A stretch of 64,000 nucleotides of DNA from Mobula hypostoma (GCF_963921235.1 NC_086098.1:6076001-6140000); one strand, 5' to 3'. Shown: positions 48,405 through 62,396, numbered from the stretch's first letter. Made by a program: numbers and translations. Notes: generated by a model from the letters alone, not told the origin.

Positions 48405-50393
48405 TTAGTCCCACTCCCCCGCCTTCTCACCATAACCTTTGATGCCCTGGCTACTCAAATACCTATCAATCTCCGCCTTAAATACACCCAATGACTTGGC
48501 CTCCACTGCCACCCGTGGCAACAAATTCCACAGATTCACCACCCTCTGGCCAAAAAAATTTTTTTGCATCTCTGTTCTGAATGGGTGCGCTTCAATCCTT
48601 AAGTTGTGCCCTCTCGTACTAGACTCCCCCATCATGGGAAACAATTTTGCCACATCCACTCTGTCCATGCCTTTCAATATTCGAAATGTTTCTATGAGGT
48701 CTCCCCTCATTCTTCTAAACTCCAAGGAATACAGTCCGAGAGCGGACAAACGTTCCTCATATGTTAACGCTCTCATTCCCGGAATCATTCTAGTGAATCT
48801 TCTCTGTACCCTCTCCAATGTCAGCACATCCTTTCTTAAATAAGGAGACCAAAACTGCCCACAGTACTCCAAGTGAGGTCTCACCAGTGCCTTATAGAGC
48901 CTCAACATCACATCCCTGCTCCTATATTCTATTCCTCTAGAAATGAATGCCAACATTGCATTCGCCTTCTTCACTACTGACTCAACCTTAAGGGTATCCT
49001 GTACGAGGACTCCCAAATCCCGTTGCATCTCCAAACTTTCAATTCTTTGTCCATTTAAATAATAGTCTGCCCATTTATTATTTCTGCCAAAGTGCATAAC
49101 CATACACTTTTCAACAATGTACTTAATTTGCCACTTCTCTGCCCATTCTTCTAATCTATCCAAGTCTCTCTGCAGACTCTCCGTTTCCTCAGCACTACCG
49201 GCCCCTCCACCTATCTTCGTATCATCAGCAAACTTAGCCACAAAGCCATCTATTCCATAATCCAAATCGTTGATGTACCATGTATAAAGAAGCGGCCCCA
49301 ACACGGACCCCTGTGGAAAACCACCGGTAACCGGCAGCCAACCAGAATAGGATCCCTTTATTCCCACTCTCTGTTTCCTGCCAATCAGCCAACACTCTAT
49401 CCACGTATGTAACATTCCCATAATTCCATGGGCTCTTATCTTGTTAAGTAGCCTCTTGTGTGGCACCTTGTCAAAGGCCCTCTGAAAATCCAAATATACA
49501 ACATCCACTACATCTCCCTTGTCTAGCCTACTGGTAATTTCCTCAAAAAACTGTAATAGGTTTGTCAGGCAGGATTTTCCTTTAAGGAATCCATGCTGAG
49601 TTCTGCCTATCTTGTCATATGCCTCCAGGTACTCTGTAACCTCATCCTTGACAATCGACTCCAACAACTTCCCAACCACCGATGTCAAGCTAACAGGTCT
49701 ATAATTTCCTTTTTGCTTCCTTGCTCCCTTCTTAAATAACGGAGTGACATTTGCAATCTTCCAGTCCTCTGGAACCATGCCAGAATCTATTGACTTTTGA
49801 AAGATCATCGCTAATGCCTCCGCAAACTCCACAGCTACTTCCTTCAGAACACACGGATGCATTCCATCTGGTCCGGGAGATTTGTCGACCTTTAGACTAT
49901 TCAGCTTCCTGAGTACCTTCTCTGTCATAATTGTGACTGCGCACACTTCTCTTCCCTGCCACCCTTGAGTGTCCGGTATACTACTGATGTCTTCCTCAGT
50001 GAAGACTGATGCAAAATACTCGTTCAGTTCCTCTGCCATCTCCTTATCTCCCATTACAATTTCTCCAGCATCATTTTCTATCGGTCCTATATCTACTCTC
50101 ACCTGTCTTTTACTCTTTATATACTTGAAAAAGCTTTTAGTATCCTCTTTGATATTATTTGCTAGCTTCCTTTCATAGTTAATCTTTTCTCTCTTAATGA
50201 CCTTCTTGGTTTCCTTTTGTAAGGTTTTAAAAACTTCCCAATCCTCTGTCTTCCCACTAATTTTTGCTTCCTTGTATGCCCTCTCCTTTGCTTTAACTTT
50301 GGCTTTGATTTCTCTTGTCAACCATAGTTGCATCCTTTTTCCATTCGAAAATTTCTTCTTTTTTGGAATATACCTGTCTTGCACCTTCCTCAC
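48405..50393 (-). CDS. CR1 ORF2 reverse transcriptase region, 662-aa open frame (element is frameshifted and interrupted upstream)
   Basis: SPGPDG, NYRPVSLTS, YLDFQRAFDKV, PQGSVLGP, FADDTK and RDLGV. Confidence 0.7.
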   Translation of the reverse strand: MRKVQDRYIPKKKKFSNGKRMQLWLTREIKAKVKAKERAYKEAKISGKTEDWEVFKTLQKETKKVIKREKINYERKLANNIKEDTKSFFKYIKSKRQVRVDIGPIENDAGEIVMGDKEMAEELNEYFASVFTEEDISSIPDTQGWQGREVCAVTIMTEKVLRKLNSLKVDKSPGPDGMHPCVLKEVAVEFAEALAMIFQKSIDSGMVPEDWKIANVTPLFKKGARKQKGNYRPVSLTSVVGKLLESIVKDEVTEYLEAYDKIGRTQHGFLKGKSCLTNLLQFFEEITSRLDKGDVVDVVYLDFQRAFDKVPHKRLLNKIRAHGIMGMLHTWIECWLIGRKQRVGIKGSYSGWLPVTGGFPQGSVLGPLLYTWYINDLDYGIDGFVAKFADDTKIGGGAGSAEETESLQRDLDRLEEWAEKWQIKYIVEKCMVMHFGRNNKWADYYLNGQRIESLEMQRDLGVLVQDTLKVESVVKKANAMLAFISRGIEYRSRDVMLRLYKALVRPHLEYCGQFWSPYLRKDVLTLERVQRRFTRMIPGMRALTYEERLSALGLYSLEFRRMRGDLIETFRILKGMDRVDVAKLFPMMGESSTRGHNLRIEAHPFRTEMQKNFFGQRVVNLWNLLPRVAVEAKSLGVFKAEIDRYLSSQGIKGYGEKAGEWD

Positions 50394-50644
50394 TTCTCAC
50401 ATAAACTCCAGCCACTGCTGCTCTGCTGTCTTTCCCGCAAGTGTCCCTTTCCAGTCAACTTTGGCCAGTTCCTCTCTCTTGCCACTGTAGTTTCCTTTAC
50501 TCCACTGAAACACCGACACATCAGATTTCAGCTTCTCTTTTTCAAATTTCACAGTGAACTCAATCATGTTATGATCACTGCCTCGTAAGAGTTCCTTCAC
50601 CTCAATCTCTCTAATCACCTCCGGTTCATTACACAATACCCAAG

Positions 50645-51548
50645 TGTTAGCTGTGAGGAGGATGCTAAGAGGATGCAGAGTGACTTGGATAGGTTGGGTG
50701 AGTGGGCAAATTCATGGCAGATGCAATTTAATGTGGATAAGTATGAGATTATCCACTTTGGTGGCAAAAACAGGAAAACAGATTATTATCTGAATGGTGG
50801 CCGATTAGGAAAAGGGGAGGTGCAATGAGACCTGGGTGTCATTATACACCAGTCATTGAAAGTGGGCATGCAGGTACAGCAGGCGGTGAAAAAGGCGAAT
50901 GGTATGCTGGCATTCATAGCAAGAGGATTCGAGTACAGGAGCAGGGAGGTACTACTGCAGTTGTACAAGGCCTTGGTGAGACCACACCTGGAGTATTGTG
51001 TGTAGATTTGGTCCCCTAATCTGAGGAAAGACATTCTTGCCATAGAGGGAGTACAAAGAAGGTTCACCAGATTGATTCCTGGGATGGCAGGACTTTCATA
51101 TGATGAAAGACTGGATCGACTAGGCTTATACTCGTTGGAATTTAGAAGATTGAGGGGGGATCTTATTGAGAAACATAAAATCCTAAAGGGATTGGACAGG
51201 CTAGATGGAGGAAGATTGTTCCCAATGTTGGGGAAGTCCAGAACGAGGGGTCACAGTTTGAGGATAAAGGGGAAGCCATGTAGGACCGAGATTAGGAAAA
51301 ACTTCTTCACACAGAGAGTGGTGAATCTGTGGAATTCTCTGCCACAGGAAACAGTTGAGGCCAGTTCACTGGCTATACTTAAGAGGGAGTTAGATATGGC
51401 CCTTGTGGCTAACGGGATCGGGGGTATGAAGGGAAGGCTGGTACAGGGTTCTGAGCTGGATGATCAGCCATGATCATACTGAATGGCGGTGCAGGCTCGA
51501 AGGGCCGATTGGCCTACTCCTGCACCTATTTTCTATGTTTCTATGTTT
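50645..51548 (+). mobile_element. CR1 3' fragment with a (CTATGTTT)n tail
   Basis: LVRPHLEY and FFTQRVVNLWNSLP. No TSD. Confidence 0.9.
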
Positions 51549-52349
51549 ATATCCCCTAGTGGGCTCAACAACAAGCTGTTCTAAAAAGCCATCTCGCAGA
51601 CATTCTACAAATTCTCTCTCTTGAGATCCAGTGCCGACCTGATTTTCCCAATCCACTCGCATGTTAAAATCCCCCACAATTATCATAACACTGCCCTTCT
51701 GACAAGCCTTTTCTATTTCCAGTTGTAATTTGTAGTCCGCATCCCTGCAGCTGTTTGGAGGCCTATAAATAACTGCCATCAGGGTCCTTTTATCCCTGAA
51801 ATTTCTTAGCTCAACCCATAAAGATCCTGCACCTTAGGATCCTATATCACCTCTTTCTAATGATTTAATATCATTTCTTACCAATAAAGCCACGCCTCCC
51901 CCTCTGCCTACCTTCCTATCCTTCCGATACACCGTGTATCCTTGGACGTTCAGCTCCCAGAGACATGCGTCCTTTAGCCAGGTCTTCTTCCAAATGGAAC
52001 ACAGAATTTTTCTAGTCTCCACATTCACATTATTTTCTCATAGCACCAGCTGCAACTTCTCCTCTCCATCCCTTTCCACCTCTGGCAGAAACCTTTCGCT
52101 CCATGACTCCCTGGTTTGCCCATCCCTCCTGGCCCACCTCACCTGACCACTGGAGCAGGAGCATTTGTCCTTACACCTCTTTACATGGTAGCGTGGCAGC
52201 TGTCAGAACCCAGCTTCAATTCTGCTGCTGTCTGTAAGCAGTTTGTTAGATCTTCCTGTGACCTCTGGGTGCTCTAATTTCCTCCGACATTCCAAAGATG
52301 TATGAGTTTGGGATAGAAACCTGCAGCAAAGCTACTTATTTATTCGTTT

Positions 52350-52630
52350 GATTGTTTATTTATTGAGATAGAGCATAGAATAGCCCTTCTGGCCCTTTGA
52401 GTCGCACAGCACAACGATCCCCCAATTTAACCCCAGCCTAATCATAGGACAATTCATATGCCCAATTAACCTGCCAGCCTGCATGTCTTTGCACCGTGGG
52501 AGGAAACCAGAGCACCCGGAGGAAACCCGCACATTCCTCAGGGAGGGTGTACATGGGGGAAACCCCTGCATTCATGGGGAGAAAGTACAAACTCCTCAGA
52601 GGCAGTGGCAGAAATTGAAGCTGTTTCGTT
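52350..52630 (-). mobile_element. V-SINE-like SINE
   Basis: gggaggaaaccagagcacccggaggaaacccgca is the reverse complement of the V-domain, with an AAAT tail. Confidence 0.7.
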
Positions 52631-52754
52631 AACCACTGCAGGAAGCATGGTGGCACTTGAGGAGTGCCTCTAGCAATCTTCAGACTGTGTTGGTCATTGA
52701 CGCAAGCAACGCATTTCACTGCATGTGACGAATAAAGCTAATCTTTAATCCAAT

Positions 52755-53645
52755 CTTTATCCCTCACTTCCCATCTTGGGACCTAAACATCACCTCCAGA
52801 TGAGACAAAGATTTACATGCACCTCCTCCAACATCATCACGTAGCCTCCTCAACACATACGATACCCAGTGCAGACTGGGAGACCATTTTACACAACACC
52901 AACACTCCATCTTCAGTGGTCATCCTGGCTTTTGGTTGTTTGCCCCTTCAATTTCCCTTCCGTGAGTCTGTCCATTCAGTGCCTTCTCTACTGACGACAC
53001 TTCATATTGCAATTAGTTCGTCTGCAACAAAATGGTATGAGCATTGAATTTCCCAATTCCAGATAACCCTCACTTTGAGTGTATTTGCAGCCTCTCTCTG
53101 TCTCCTTCCATTCTTCCTCCAGGGCTCCAACTTTTGTCCCCTTTCCCACTTGCTGCTCCACCACCCCCCACCCCCCTTCAAACATTTTGTGTCTCCAATC
53201 CACGTCTAGTTTCATCCACGTGTTTCACCTTCTGGCTCCCTCTCTCCCATCTGGTTCCAGTTCCACCTGCCCTTCGTCTCTCCCCTAATGGTTTTCATTT
53301 TCACCGTCATTACTTAACTGATTCCAGCTCTAGTGACTTTTGTGCTCCTGTTTATCATCCTCTTACCTATCTCCACTCTCAGCTCCCCTGGCCTGACCCC
53401 CACCTGCCTTTTGCTTGTCTGCCATTCACCTCCCTCTGACTTCCAACTAGGCCTCTGCCCCTCCTCTACCTGGCTCACTCTGTTGGCTTCCTTCACCCCT
53501 CCACTGTCCACCACTCACCCAATAGCCTCACCATCCACCCCTCTTTATAATGGCTATCTTCCCTCAGACCAAATGCAGAAACGCTGATATGTTCTCTCCT
53601 CCCGCAGATGCTCGTTGCCCTGCTGAATTCTTCCAGCAGATTGTT
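52755..53645 (+). mobile_element. Old PLE 3' part
   Basis: Degenerate GIY-YIG region, a pyrimidine-rich UTR and terminal gatgctcg...ctgctga...ttccagca. Confidence 0.5.
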
Positions 53646-54130
53646 GCCAGTAATTAAGAAAGTACTTGATTATTATCATCATTTAGATGATAAAGAAGGA
53701 AATAATGAGAAATCAATAAGAGGGAATTCACTGGACATAAATAACAATTCAGCTTGTTTATTGGTTTCTATTACAATTTGACTAGATTGCCTGATCGCTC
53801 CACAATGAATATTTGCTGACCTAGCCATTAAGAACATAGAACAGAACAGCTCAGACCCATTGGCTCACAATCAGACTTCTTTCCTGCAGAGTCTACCACT
53901 TCTCTTTTGTCTATGTCCCTATTCAAGAGTCTCCTAAATCTCCCTAATAGCCCTCCAATTTAATTCTCCAAACTTTTTTCGTCCAAGTGCGTATTGAGAA
54001 GTCTGAAATCTCCTTAACAGCCCTCAACTTTAACCGCCCTCTAAATAACCCTCCATTTCTCTTTCATCCATGTGCTTAATCACAGGACAATTTACAATGA
54101 CCAATTAGCCTACCTGGTACATTTTTGGAA

Positions 54131-55261
54131 TAGAAACATAGAAACAAAGAAGACCTACAGCACAATACAGGCCCTTCGGCCCACAAAGATGTGCTGAACA
54201 CTTCCCTACTTTAGAACTACCTAGGCTTTACCCATAGTCCTCTATTTTTATAAGCTCCATGTATCCATCCAAGAGTCTCTTAAATGACCCTATTGTTTCC
54301 GCCTCCACCACCGCCGCCGGCAGCCCACTCCACGCACTCACCACTCTCTGAGTGAAAAACATACCCCTGACATCTCTTCGGTACCTACTTTCAGCACTTT
54401 AAAACTATGCACTCTTGCGCTAGCCATTTCAGTCCTGGGGAAAAGCCTCTGACTATCCACATGATCAATGCCTCTCATTATCTTGTACACCTCTCTCAGG
54501 TCACCTCTCATCCTCCGTCACTCCAAGGAGAAAAGGCCAGGTCCACTCAACCTATTCTCATAAGGCATTCTCCCCAATCCAGGCAACATCCTTGTAAATC
54601 TCCTCTGCACCCTTTCTATGGTTTGCACGTCCTTCCTGTAGAGAGGCGACCGAAACTGAACACAGTACTCCAAGTGGGGTCTGACCAGGGTCCTATATAG
54701 CTGCAACATTACCTCTCGGCTCTTAAACTCAATCCCACGATTGATGAAGGCCAATGCACCGTATGCCTTCTTAACCGCAGAGTCAACCTGTGCAGCAGCT
54801 TTGAGTGTCCTATGGACTCAGACCCCAAGATCCCTCTGATCCTCCAGACTGCCAAGAGTCTTACCATTAATGCTATATTCTGCCATCATATTTGACCTAC
54901 CAAAATGAACCACCTCACACTTATCTGGATTGAACTCCATCTGCCACTTCTCAGCCCAGTTTTGCATCCTATCAATGTCCAGTTGTAACCTCTGACAGTC
55001 CTCCACACTGTCCACAACACTCCCAACCTTTGTGTCATCAGCAAATTTACTAACCCATCCCTCCACTTCCTCATCCAGGTCATTTATAAAAATCACAAAG
55101 AGTAGGGGTCCCAGAACAGGTCCCTGAGGCACACCGCTGGTTACCAGCCTCCATGCAGAATATGACCCGTCTACAACCACTCTTTGCCTTCTGTGGGCAA
55201 GCCAGTTCTGGATCCACAAAACAATGTCCCCTTGGAACCCATGCCTCCTTACTTTCTCAAT
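54131..55261 (-). mobile_element. CR1 3' fragment nested in a V-SINE-like element
   Basis: GVPQGPVLGP, FADDTK and LVRPHLEYC. The SINE resumes at about 55263. Confidence 0.9.
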
Positions 55262-55814
55262 AATGTGAAAGAAAACCGCACCATGTGGAGGAAACTGATT
55301 CATTCCATGTGGAGGCCATACAAACTCCATACAGAACAACACCAGTATTGAACTCCAAGCTCCAGAACACCACGAGCTTTAATAGCGTCACGTTAAACTC
55401 TGTGAAACCGTGGCACCCACAGGTCTGACTTAAAGAAAAGAAACTTCATTTACTTATTTTTAGTGGGTATTCTTTGCATTCACAGTAATAAAGATTACTT
55501 TTGGTGCATTTTACTGACATAATTATGATTAATTTGTCATACAATGTGACAGTGGAGTCAATTACATAGAAGCAATAGAAGAAATTGGAAATGTTTTATA
55601 AAATGAAGAGAAAATGAATTAATTTTACTGATTAATCATTGTTGTCATGCTGCTTTGAGCCTTGGTTTGAGTTGTGAGCTTTCTTGCTTTGGGGTAAACA
55701 ATTGCAATTTTAAGAGAAATTTGGATAATTACATGAATGGGAAGAGTGCTTATATAGACATACATCACAGTAACAGGACCTTCCAGCCTCATGAGCCCTA
55801 TTAAACTTGTTCGC

Positions 55815-56043
55815 TGACATGGGCGACCATGGTCTTTCCATGACCATGATTGTTCTTGGTAAATGATTCTTCACAAGTGGTTTACCATTGCTTTTTCTGG
55901 GCAGTGTCTTTGCAAGACGGGTAACCCCAGCCATTATCAATACTCTTCAGAGACTGTCTGCCTTGCATCAGCGGTCGCATCACCAGGACTTGTGATATGC
56001 AACAGCTGCTCATACGACCATCCACCACCTGCTCCCATGGCTT
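55815..56043 (-). mobile_element. RTE-related non-autonomous element
   Basis: Reverse complement of 18000-18230. Confidence 0.55.
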
Positions 56044-58785
56044 CATAAGACCATAAGACATAGGAGCAGAATTAGGACATATGGACCATCGAGTCCGCCC
56101 TGTCATTCAATCATGGCTGATCCATTTTTTCTATCTCCTCCTCAACCCCAGTTCCTATCTGCTCTCCGTAACCTTCGATGCCATGTCTAATCAAGCTGGC
56201 AATCTCTACCTTCAATGCACCCAACAACGTAGCCTCCACAGTTGCATGTGGCAACAAATTCCACAAATTCACCACCTTTTGGTTAAAGAAATTTCCCTGT
56301 TTCGGAATGGCGTCCCTTTATCGTAAGGCTGTGCCCTCTTGTCCTGGATTCTCCCACCATGGGAAACACCTTTCCACATCTACTCTGCATCACGTCCTTG
56401 CTCTTGTATTTTATACTTCTTAAAATGAATGCAAACATGACATTTGCCTTCCTCACCACCGACTCGACCTGCAAGTTAACCTTCAGGGTGTTCTGCACAA
56501 GGACTCCCAAGTCCCTCCACATCTCAGATTCCTGGATTTTCTCCCTGTTTAGAAAATAGCCTGCACTTTTATTTCTACTACCAAAGTGCATGACCATGAA
56601 TTTTCCAACATTGTGCTTAATTTGACACTCTCTTGTCCAATTTTCTAATCTGTCTAAGTCCTCTGTATCCTACCTATCTCCTCAACACTACTTGCCCCTC
56701 CACGAATCTTCATATCGTCTGCAAACTTGGCAACAAAGTCATCTATTCTAAATCATTATATACAACATAAAAATAAGTGGTCCCAACACCGACTCCTGCA
56801 GAACACCACTAGTTACTAGAGCCAACGAGAAAAGGATCCTTTTATTCCCACTCACTGCCTCCTACCAATCAGCCAATGCTCTAACCATGTTAGTAACTTT
56901 CCAGTAATACTGTGGGCTCTTAACTTGGTAAGCAGCCTCATGTGTAGCATCTTGTCAAAGGCATTCTGAAAGTCCAAATATACAACATCCACTGCTTTCC
57001 CTTTATTTATCCTACTTATAATCTCCTCAAAGAACTCCAACAGGTTCGTCAGGCTGGATTTTCCCTGAAGGAAACCATGCTGACTTGGTATTATCTTGTC
57101 CTGTGACACCAAGTAGTCCATCACCTCATCCTTAACAATTGACTCTAACATCTTCCCAACCACTGAGCTCAGGCTAACTGGTCAATAATATTTTTTCTTA
57201 AAGAGTGGAGTAACATCTTCCTCCTTTCTTAAAGATTGGAGTAACATTTGTAATTTTCCAGTCCTCTTGCACCATGCCAGAGCCCAATGATTTTTGTAAG
57301 GTTATTTCTAATACCACCACAATCACTAACGCTAACTGGTGAAGTTCATCTGGTCCGTGTGACTTATGTACTTATAGGTCTTTCAGCTTTTTGAACATCA
57401 CCTCTCTTGTAACAGTAATTGCTTCACATACTACAACATCAGGCACACTGCTAGTGCCTTCCACGGTGAAGACTGACGCAAAATACTCATTTAGTTCATT
57501 AGCAATCTCCTTGTCCCCTGTTATTATTTCTCCTGCCTCATTTTCTAGTGCTCCTATATCCACTCTCATTTCTCTTTTATTTTTAGCATACTTGAAAAAA
57601 CTTCTATTATCCACTTTGATATAATTTGCTAGCTTACTTTCATATTTCATCTTTTCCTTTCTAATGATTTTTTTAGTTGCTCTCTGTAGGTTTTTAAAAA
57701 CTTCCCAATCCTCTATCTTCCCATTAATTTTTGCTTTGTTGTAGGTCCTTTCTTTTGCTTTTACATTAGCTTTGACTCCCCTTCTCAGCCACGGTTATTC
57801 TATTTTACCATTTGAGTATTTCTTTATTTTGGAATACACATGTCCTGCACCTTCCTCAGAAACGCACGCCATTGCTTCTTTGCTGACATCCCTGGCCAAC
57901 TCCAATTTACTTTGGCCAACTCCTCTCTCATACCACTGTAATTTCCCTTACTCCACTGAAATACTGCTACATCAGACTTTACTTTCTCCCTATCAAATTT
58001 TAGGTTGAACACAATCATATTGTGATCACTGGTTCCAAAGTGTTCTTCTACCTTAAGCTCCCTAATTGCCTCCGGTTCATTACATAACACCCAATCCAGT
58101 ATAGCTGATCCCCTAGTAGACTCAATGACAAACTGCTCTAAGAAGCCATCTCTTAGGCATTCAACAAACTCACTCACTTGAGATCGATTACCAATCTAAT
58201 TTTCCCAATCGACCTGCATGTTAAAATCTCTCATAACTACCATAACATTGCCCTTTTGACTCGTCTTTTCTATTCGCTGTTGTGATGTGTGGTCGTCCTC
58301 CCAGCCACTGTTGGGAGGCCTGTACGTAACTGCCATCAGAGTCGTTTTACCCTTGCAGTTTCTTAAATCATCCCACAAGGATTCAACATCTTCCGATCCT
58401 GTCACATCTCTGTACTGATTTGATGCCATTCTTTACCAGTGGAGCCACACCACCCCCTCAGCATACCTTCCTATCCCTCTGATATAATGTGTAATCTTGG
58501 ACATTCAGCTCCCAACTACAATCATCCTATAGCCACGATTCAGTGATGGCCACAACATCATACCTGGCAATCTATAATATTGCAACAAGATCATCCACCT
58601 TATTTCTAATACTACATGCATTACATGTAGATACGACACCTTGAGTGCCATATTTGCTATCCTTTCTGACTCTGCATCCCTCATGTTTTGATATTCAGCC
58701 TATTGGCCGCAACTAAGTCCCATCGCTTGCCTGCTCTTCCTGACAATCTGACTGCATGCTATTTTTACTTTTTAAACCATCCATC
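56044..58785 (-). mobile_element. Long decayed CR1 (ORF2 start to 3' UTR, with internal deletions)
   Basis: TYRPPN, DFN, TSDHNMI, QHGF and VYLDFQNAFDK. Confidence 0.9.
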
Positions 58786-59504
58786 CTTTACAACATTTTG
58801 CCTTGTAGTTGAATTACTGAAAATACTAACCTAGTAGGCCAATTAAGGAACTTAGCAATCACACTATTCAGCGCTGATCAATTTACTTGCAAAAATCTAA
58901 AGGCTCCACATGTAAAGCACATCAAATTACTGATATTCTAAATTTACAAACAAGTATAAATAAATTTACAGGTATATTATCAAATATTATTCACCGTTCC
59001 TCACCAAACCTGGGAAAAGCATTCCAACATTGACCTTTCTAGGACATGGCAACTCCTCGTTCTAGTCCACCCATGCAAAATTGCATCACCGTTTTCTCTT
59101 AAAGGCACGGGCAGCTATTTTAGCATTACCAAGGTGAATACGTAGGTGCACCTCAACAATAAAAAAAATGATATTCAACGGTCACCTGGTTACACATAAA
59201 ATTCCTGTAAGTTACAGTAAAAGATATGTTTTTTAAATGTGTTGCTGAAAAAGAGCAATATAGTGAGGTAGTGTTAGTATAGTTAATATAGTTAATGGGT
59301 TCATTGTCCATTCAGAAATCTGCTGGCAGAGGGGAAGAAACTATTCCTGAAACGTTCCTCAAGCTCCTGTACTCCCCTTCCATGATGGCAGCAATGAGAG
59401 GTGACGTGTCCTGGGTGATGGGGGCCGTTAATTATGGAAACAGTCCTCCTGAGGCACTGCCTTTGGAAGGTGTCCTTGATAGTGGGGAGACAGTGCCCAT
59501 GAAC

Positions 59505-59790
59505 GCTCGAGAAAACAGTCTCTAGAGTTTACAGAGAATAGTATGAAAATTTTTTAAAACATCCAGTGACCAGCAGTTCTGTGGGTGAAAATGCCTTTGT
59601 TAACGAGAGCGATCGGAGGAGAATAGCCACTGCGTTTCAAGCTGACTGAAAGGCGACATATTCAGTAAACTCCAGCAACAGTAACTCAAGTACCTACATG
59701 TTACAACAGTGATGTGACGAAGAGCACCTCTGATTGCACATCACATTGAACCTTGTCATGGAAGGGATACAGCAGCAGAAGACCACATGG
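59505..59790 (+). mobile_element. Tc1-derived element fragment
   Basis: Aligns with 20655-20905. Confidence 0.65.
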
Positions 59791-60700
59791 AGTGTGGGGA
59801 GAGAGAAACACAAGGTGATAGGAGAAACCGAGAGGGGGAAGGCGAAGTTAAGGGCTGGGAAGTTGATTGGTGAAAGAGATACAGGGCTGGAAAAGGATGA
59901 ATCTAATAAGAGTGGACAGACCTGCAAGTGAAGTACAATTCAGGATCCCAAACAGTCCTTCCAGGTGTGGCGACACTTCACCTGTGAGTTTGTTGGGGTC
60001 ATACACTGTGGTCAGTGGTCCCGGCGTAGCCTCCGGTATATCGGTGAGACCCGACGTAGATTGGGAGGCTGCTTCGCCAAGTACCTGTGCTCCATGTGTT
60101 AGAAAAATCAAGATCTCCCAGTGGCCACCCATTTTAATTCCACGTCCCATTCCCATTCTAGCATGTCAATTCATGGCCTCCTCTACTGTTGCGATGAGGC
60201 CATACTCAGTTGGAGGAACAAAACCTTATATTCCATTTGGGAAGCCTCCAATCTGATGGCATGAACATCGATTTCTCAACCTTCCAGTAATGCCTCCATG
60301 CCCCTCCTTCATTATTTCCTATTCCCATTTCCATCTCTCAGTTTATCTCCTTGCCTGCCCATCACCTCCCTCGAGGATTCCTCCCCCTCTTTCTTTCTTC
60401 CATGGGCTCTGCCTTCTCCTATTAGATTTGCCCTTCTCCATCCCTGTATCTCTTTCACTAATCAACTTCCCAGCTCTTTATTTCACATTCCCCCTCCCAG
60501 TTTCACCTATCACCTTGTGTTTCTCCCTCCCTTCCCCCCATTCTAAACCTCATCTTTCTTTCTCCAGTTCTTTTGAAGTGTTTCAGCCCAAAACATCGAC
60601 CGTACTCTTTTCCAGAGATGCTGCCTGGCCTGCTGAGTTCCTCCAGCATTTTGTGTGTGTTGCTTGGATTTCCAGCACCTGCTGATTTTCTCCTGCTTGT
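59790..60700 (+). mobile_element. PLE 3' part with a short inverted 5' segment (59790-59912, minus strand)
   Basis: GIY-YIG remnant at 59930-60290. 59790-59912 is the reverse complement of about 60415-60535. Confidence 0.8.
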
Positions 60701-60947
60701 CAAAAGTTCAAAGGTTCATTTATTATCTAAGTATACAGCTCTGCAGTCCTTCTCTAGATAGCCATGAAACCAAGAAAGAAAAGACTGGCAGCCGATCATC
60801 AACTCCCAAATCCCTCCTCCCTGCATAAAAATATATGAGAAAGATCAGGTAAAAAACACAGAATATAAATTCCTCCTCCTTGCACAACAATGAACAAAAA
60901 CAGAACAGACACATCAACCCCCAAATCCCCCTCCCCCCACACAAAAA

Positions 60948-61515
60948 AACATAGAAACGTAGAAAACCTACAGCACAATACAGGCCCTTCGGCCCACAAA
61001 GCTGTGCTGAACATGTCCCTACCTTAGAAATTACTAGGCTTACCTACAGCCCTCTATTTTACTAAGCTCCATGTACCTATCTAAAAGTCTCTTTAAAGAC
61101 CCTATCGTATCCGCTTCCACCACCGTTGCCGGCAGCCCATTCCACACACTCACCACTCTCTAAGTAAAAAATTTACCCCTGATATCTCCTCTGTACCTGC
61201 TCCCCAGGACCTTAAACCTGTGTCCTCTTGTGGCAACCATTTCAGCCCTGGGAAAAAGCCTCTGACTATCTACATGATCAATGCCTCTCATCATCTTATA
61301 CACCTCTATCAGGTCACCTCTCATCCTCTGTCGCTCCAAGGAGAAAAGGCCAAGTTCACTCAACCTATTCTCATAAGCCATGCCTATTCTCATAAGGCAT
61401 GCTCCCCAATCCAGGCAACATCTCCTCTGCACCCTTTCTATGGCTTCCACATCCTTCCTGTAGTGAGGCAACCAGAATTGAGCACAGTACTCCAAGTGGG
61501 GTCTGACCAGGGTCC
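60948..61515 (-). mobile_element. CR1 3' fragment nested in a LINE 3' UTR (about 60700-62100)
   Basis: [14 protein letters not shown]...RGDLIEVYK, with an internal duplication of cctattctcataag. Confidence 0.88.
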
Positions 61516-62396
61516 TCCTCAAATGAGAAAGATTGAGTGAAAAACACAGAATATAAAAAACTATAAGACTGAAAAAGTCTGCAGTCCAAGTCCAAATCCA
61601 AACTGCAGAAAACCTGGGTAACATTCTCTTGATCCAGTGGCAGATATTTCTCTCTCTATAGTAGAGTGATCCATAAGCGATTAAAATGCAGTCTCCCCTC
61701 TCTGTAGCAGTGATCCCACCAGCAATCAAAAGACAGGCAGCCTGCACTCTCCTTCCACATTCACCTCATGTTTCAATCTCCCTCATTGCTTTAATTGGCG
61801 AACAATGGAAGTTAATCGGCGAAATGGAGATGAACATCGGTTCATGTCCCGCAGCTGTCCTGCAGCATTCTCATCACAAGGTTCCCGCACTCTGCTCTTC
61901 TTTCCAGAATCTTCTCGGAGATTGTTGAGTGCTGAAACACCTGAACGATCTCTGAACTGCAAATTACAGGCTTAAACAGTTCCAGAATCACAATAAAAAT
62001 GAAAAACAAATGTAAAAGACATTAAAAAAGTTAAATATATGGGTTATGATATATCAGAATATGTTGACCAAAGGAGTGTTGTAGGCAAGTACACCATTGC
62101 CAGAATACAGCCTGTCCCAGTCCACACTTGCTAGATCATATCTGATACCATCAAAACTGGCCTTTCTCCAGTTCAGAATCTCACGCACCCCCCCCCCCCA
62201 CTGTGGACCAGACCTATCTTTATGGATATTTACTTTCTAACTAATGACAAGGTGGTCACTGGTTGTAAAGTGTCCCCCTACAAAAACTTCTGTCACCTGC
62301 CCTGTTTCATTCCCTAACAGCAGACAAGTATCGCATGCTCTTTCATTGGGACTTCTATGTACTAATGAAGGAAACTTTCCTGAACACATTTGACAA

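Larger units (their letters stand above)
48317..51984 (-). mobile_element. Near-complete CR1 ORF2 region plus 3' UTR, interrupted at 50645-51548
   Basis: Endonuclease motifs RGGGVALLV, VIYRPPN, VGDFN and GSDHNMI, followed by the RT. Confidence 0.93.
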
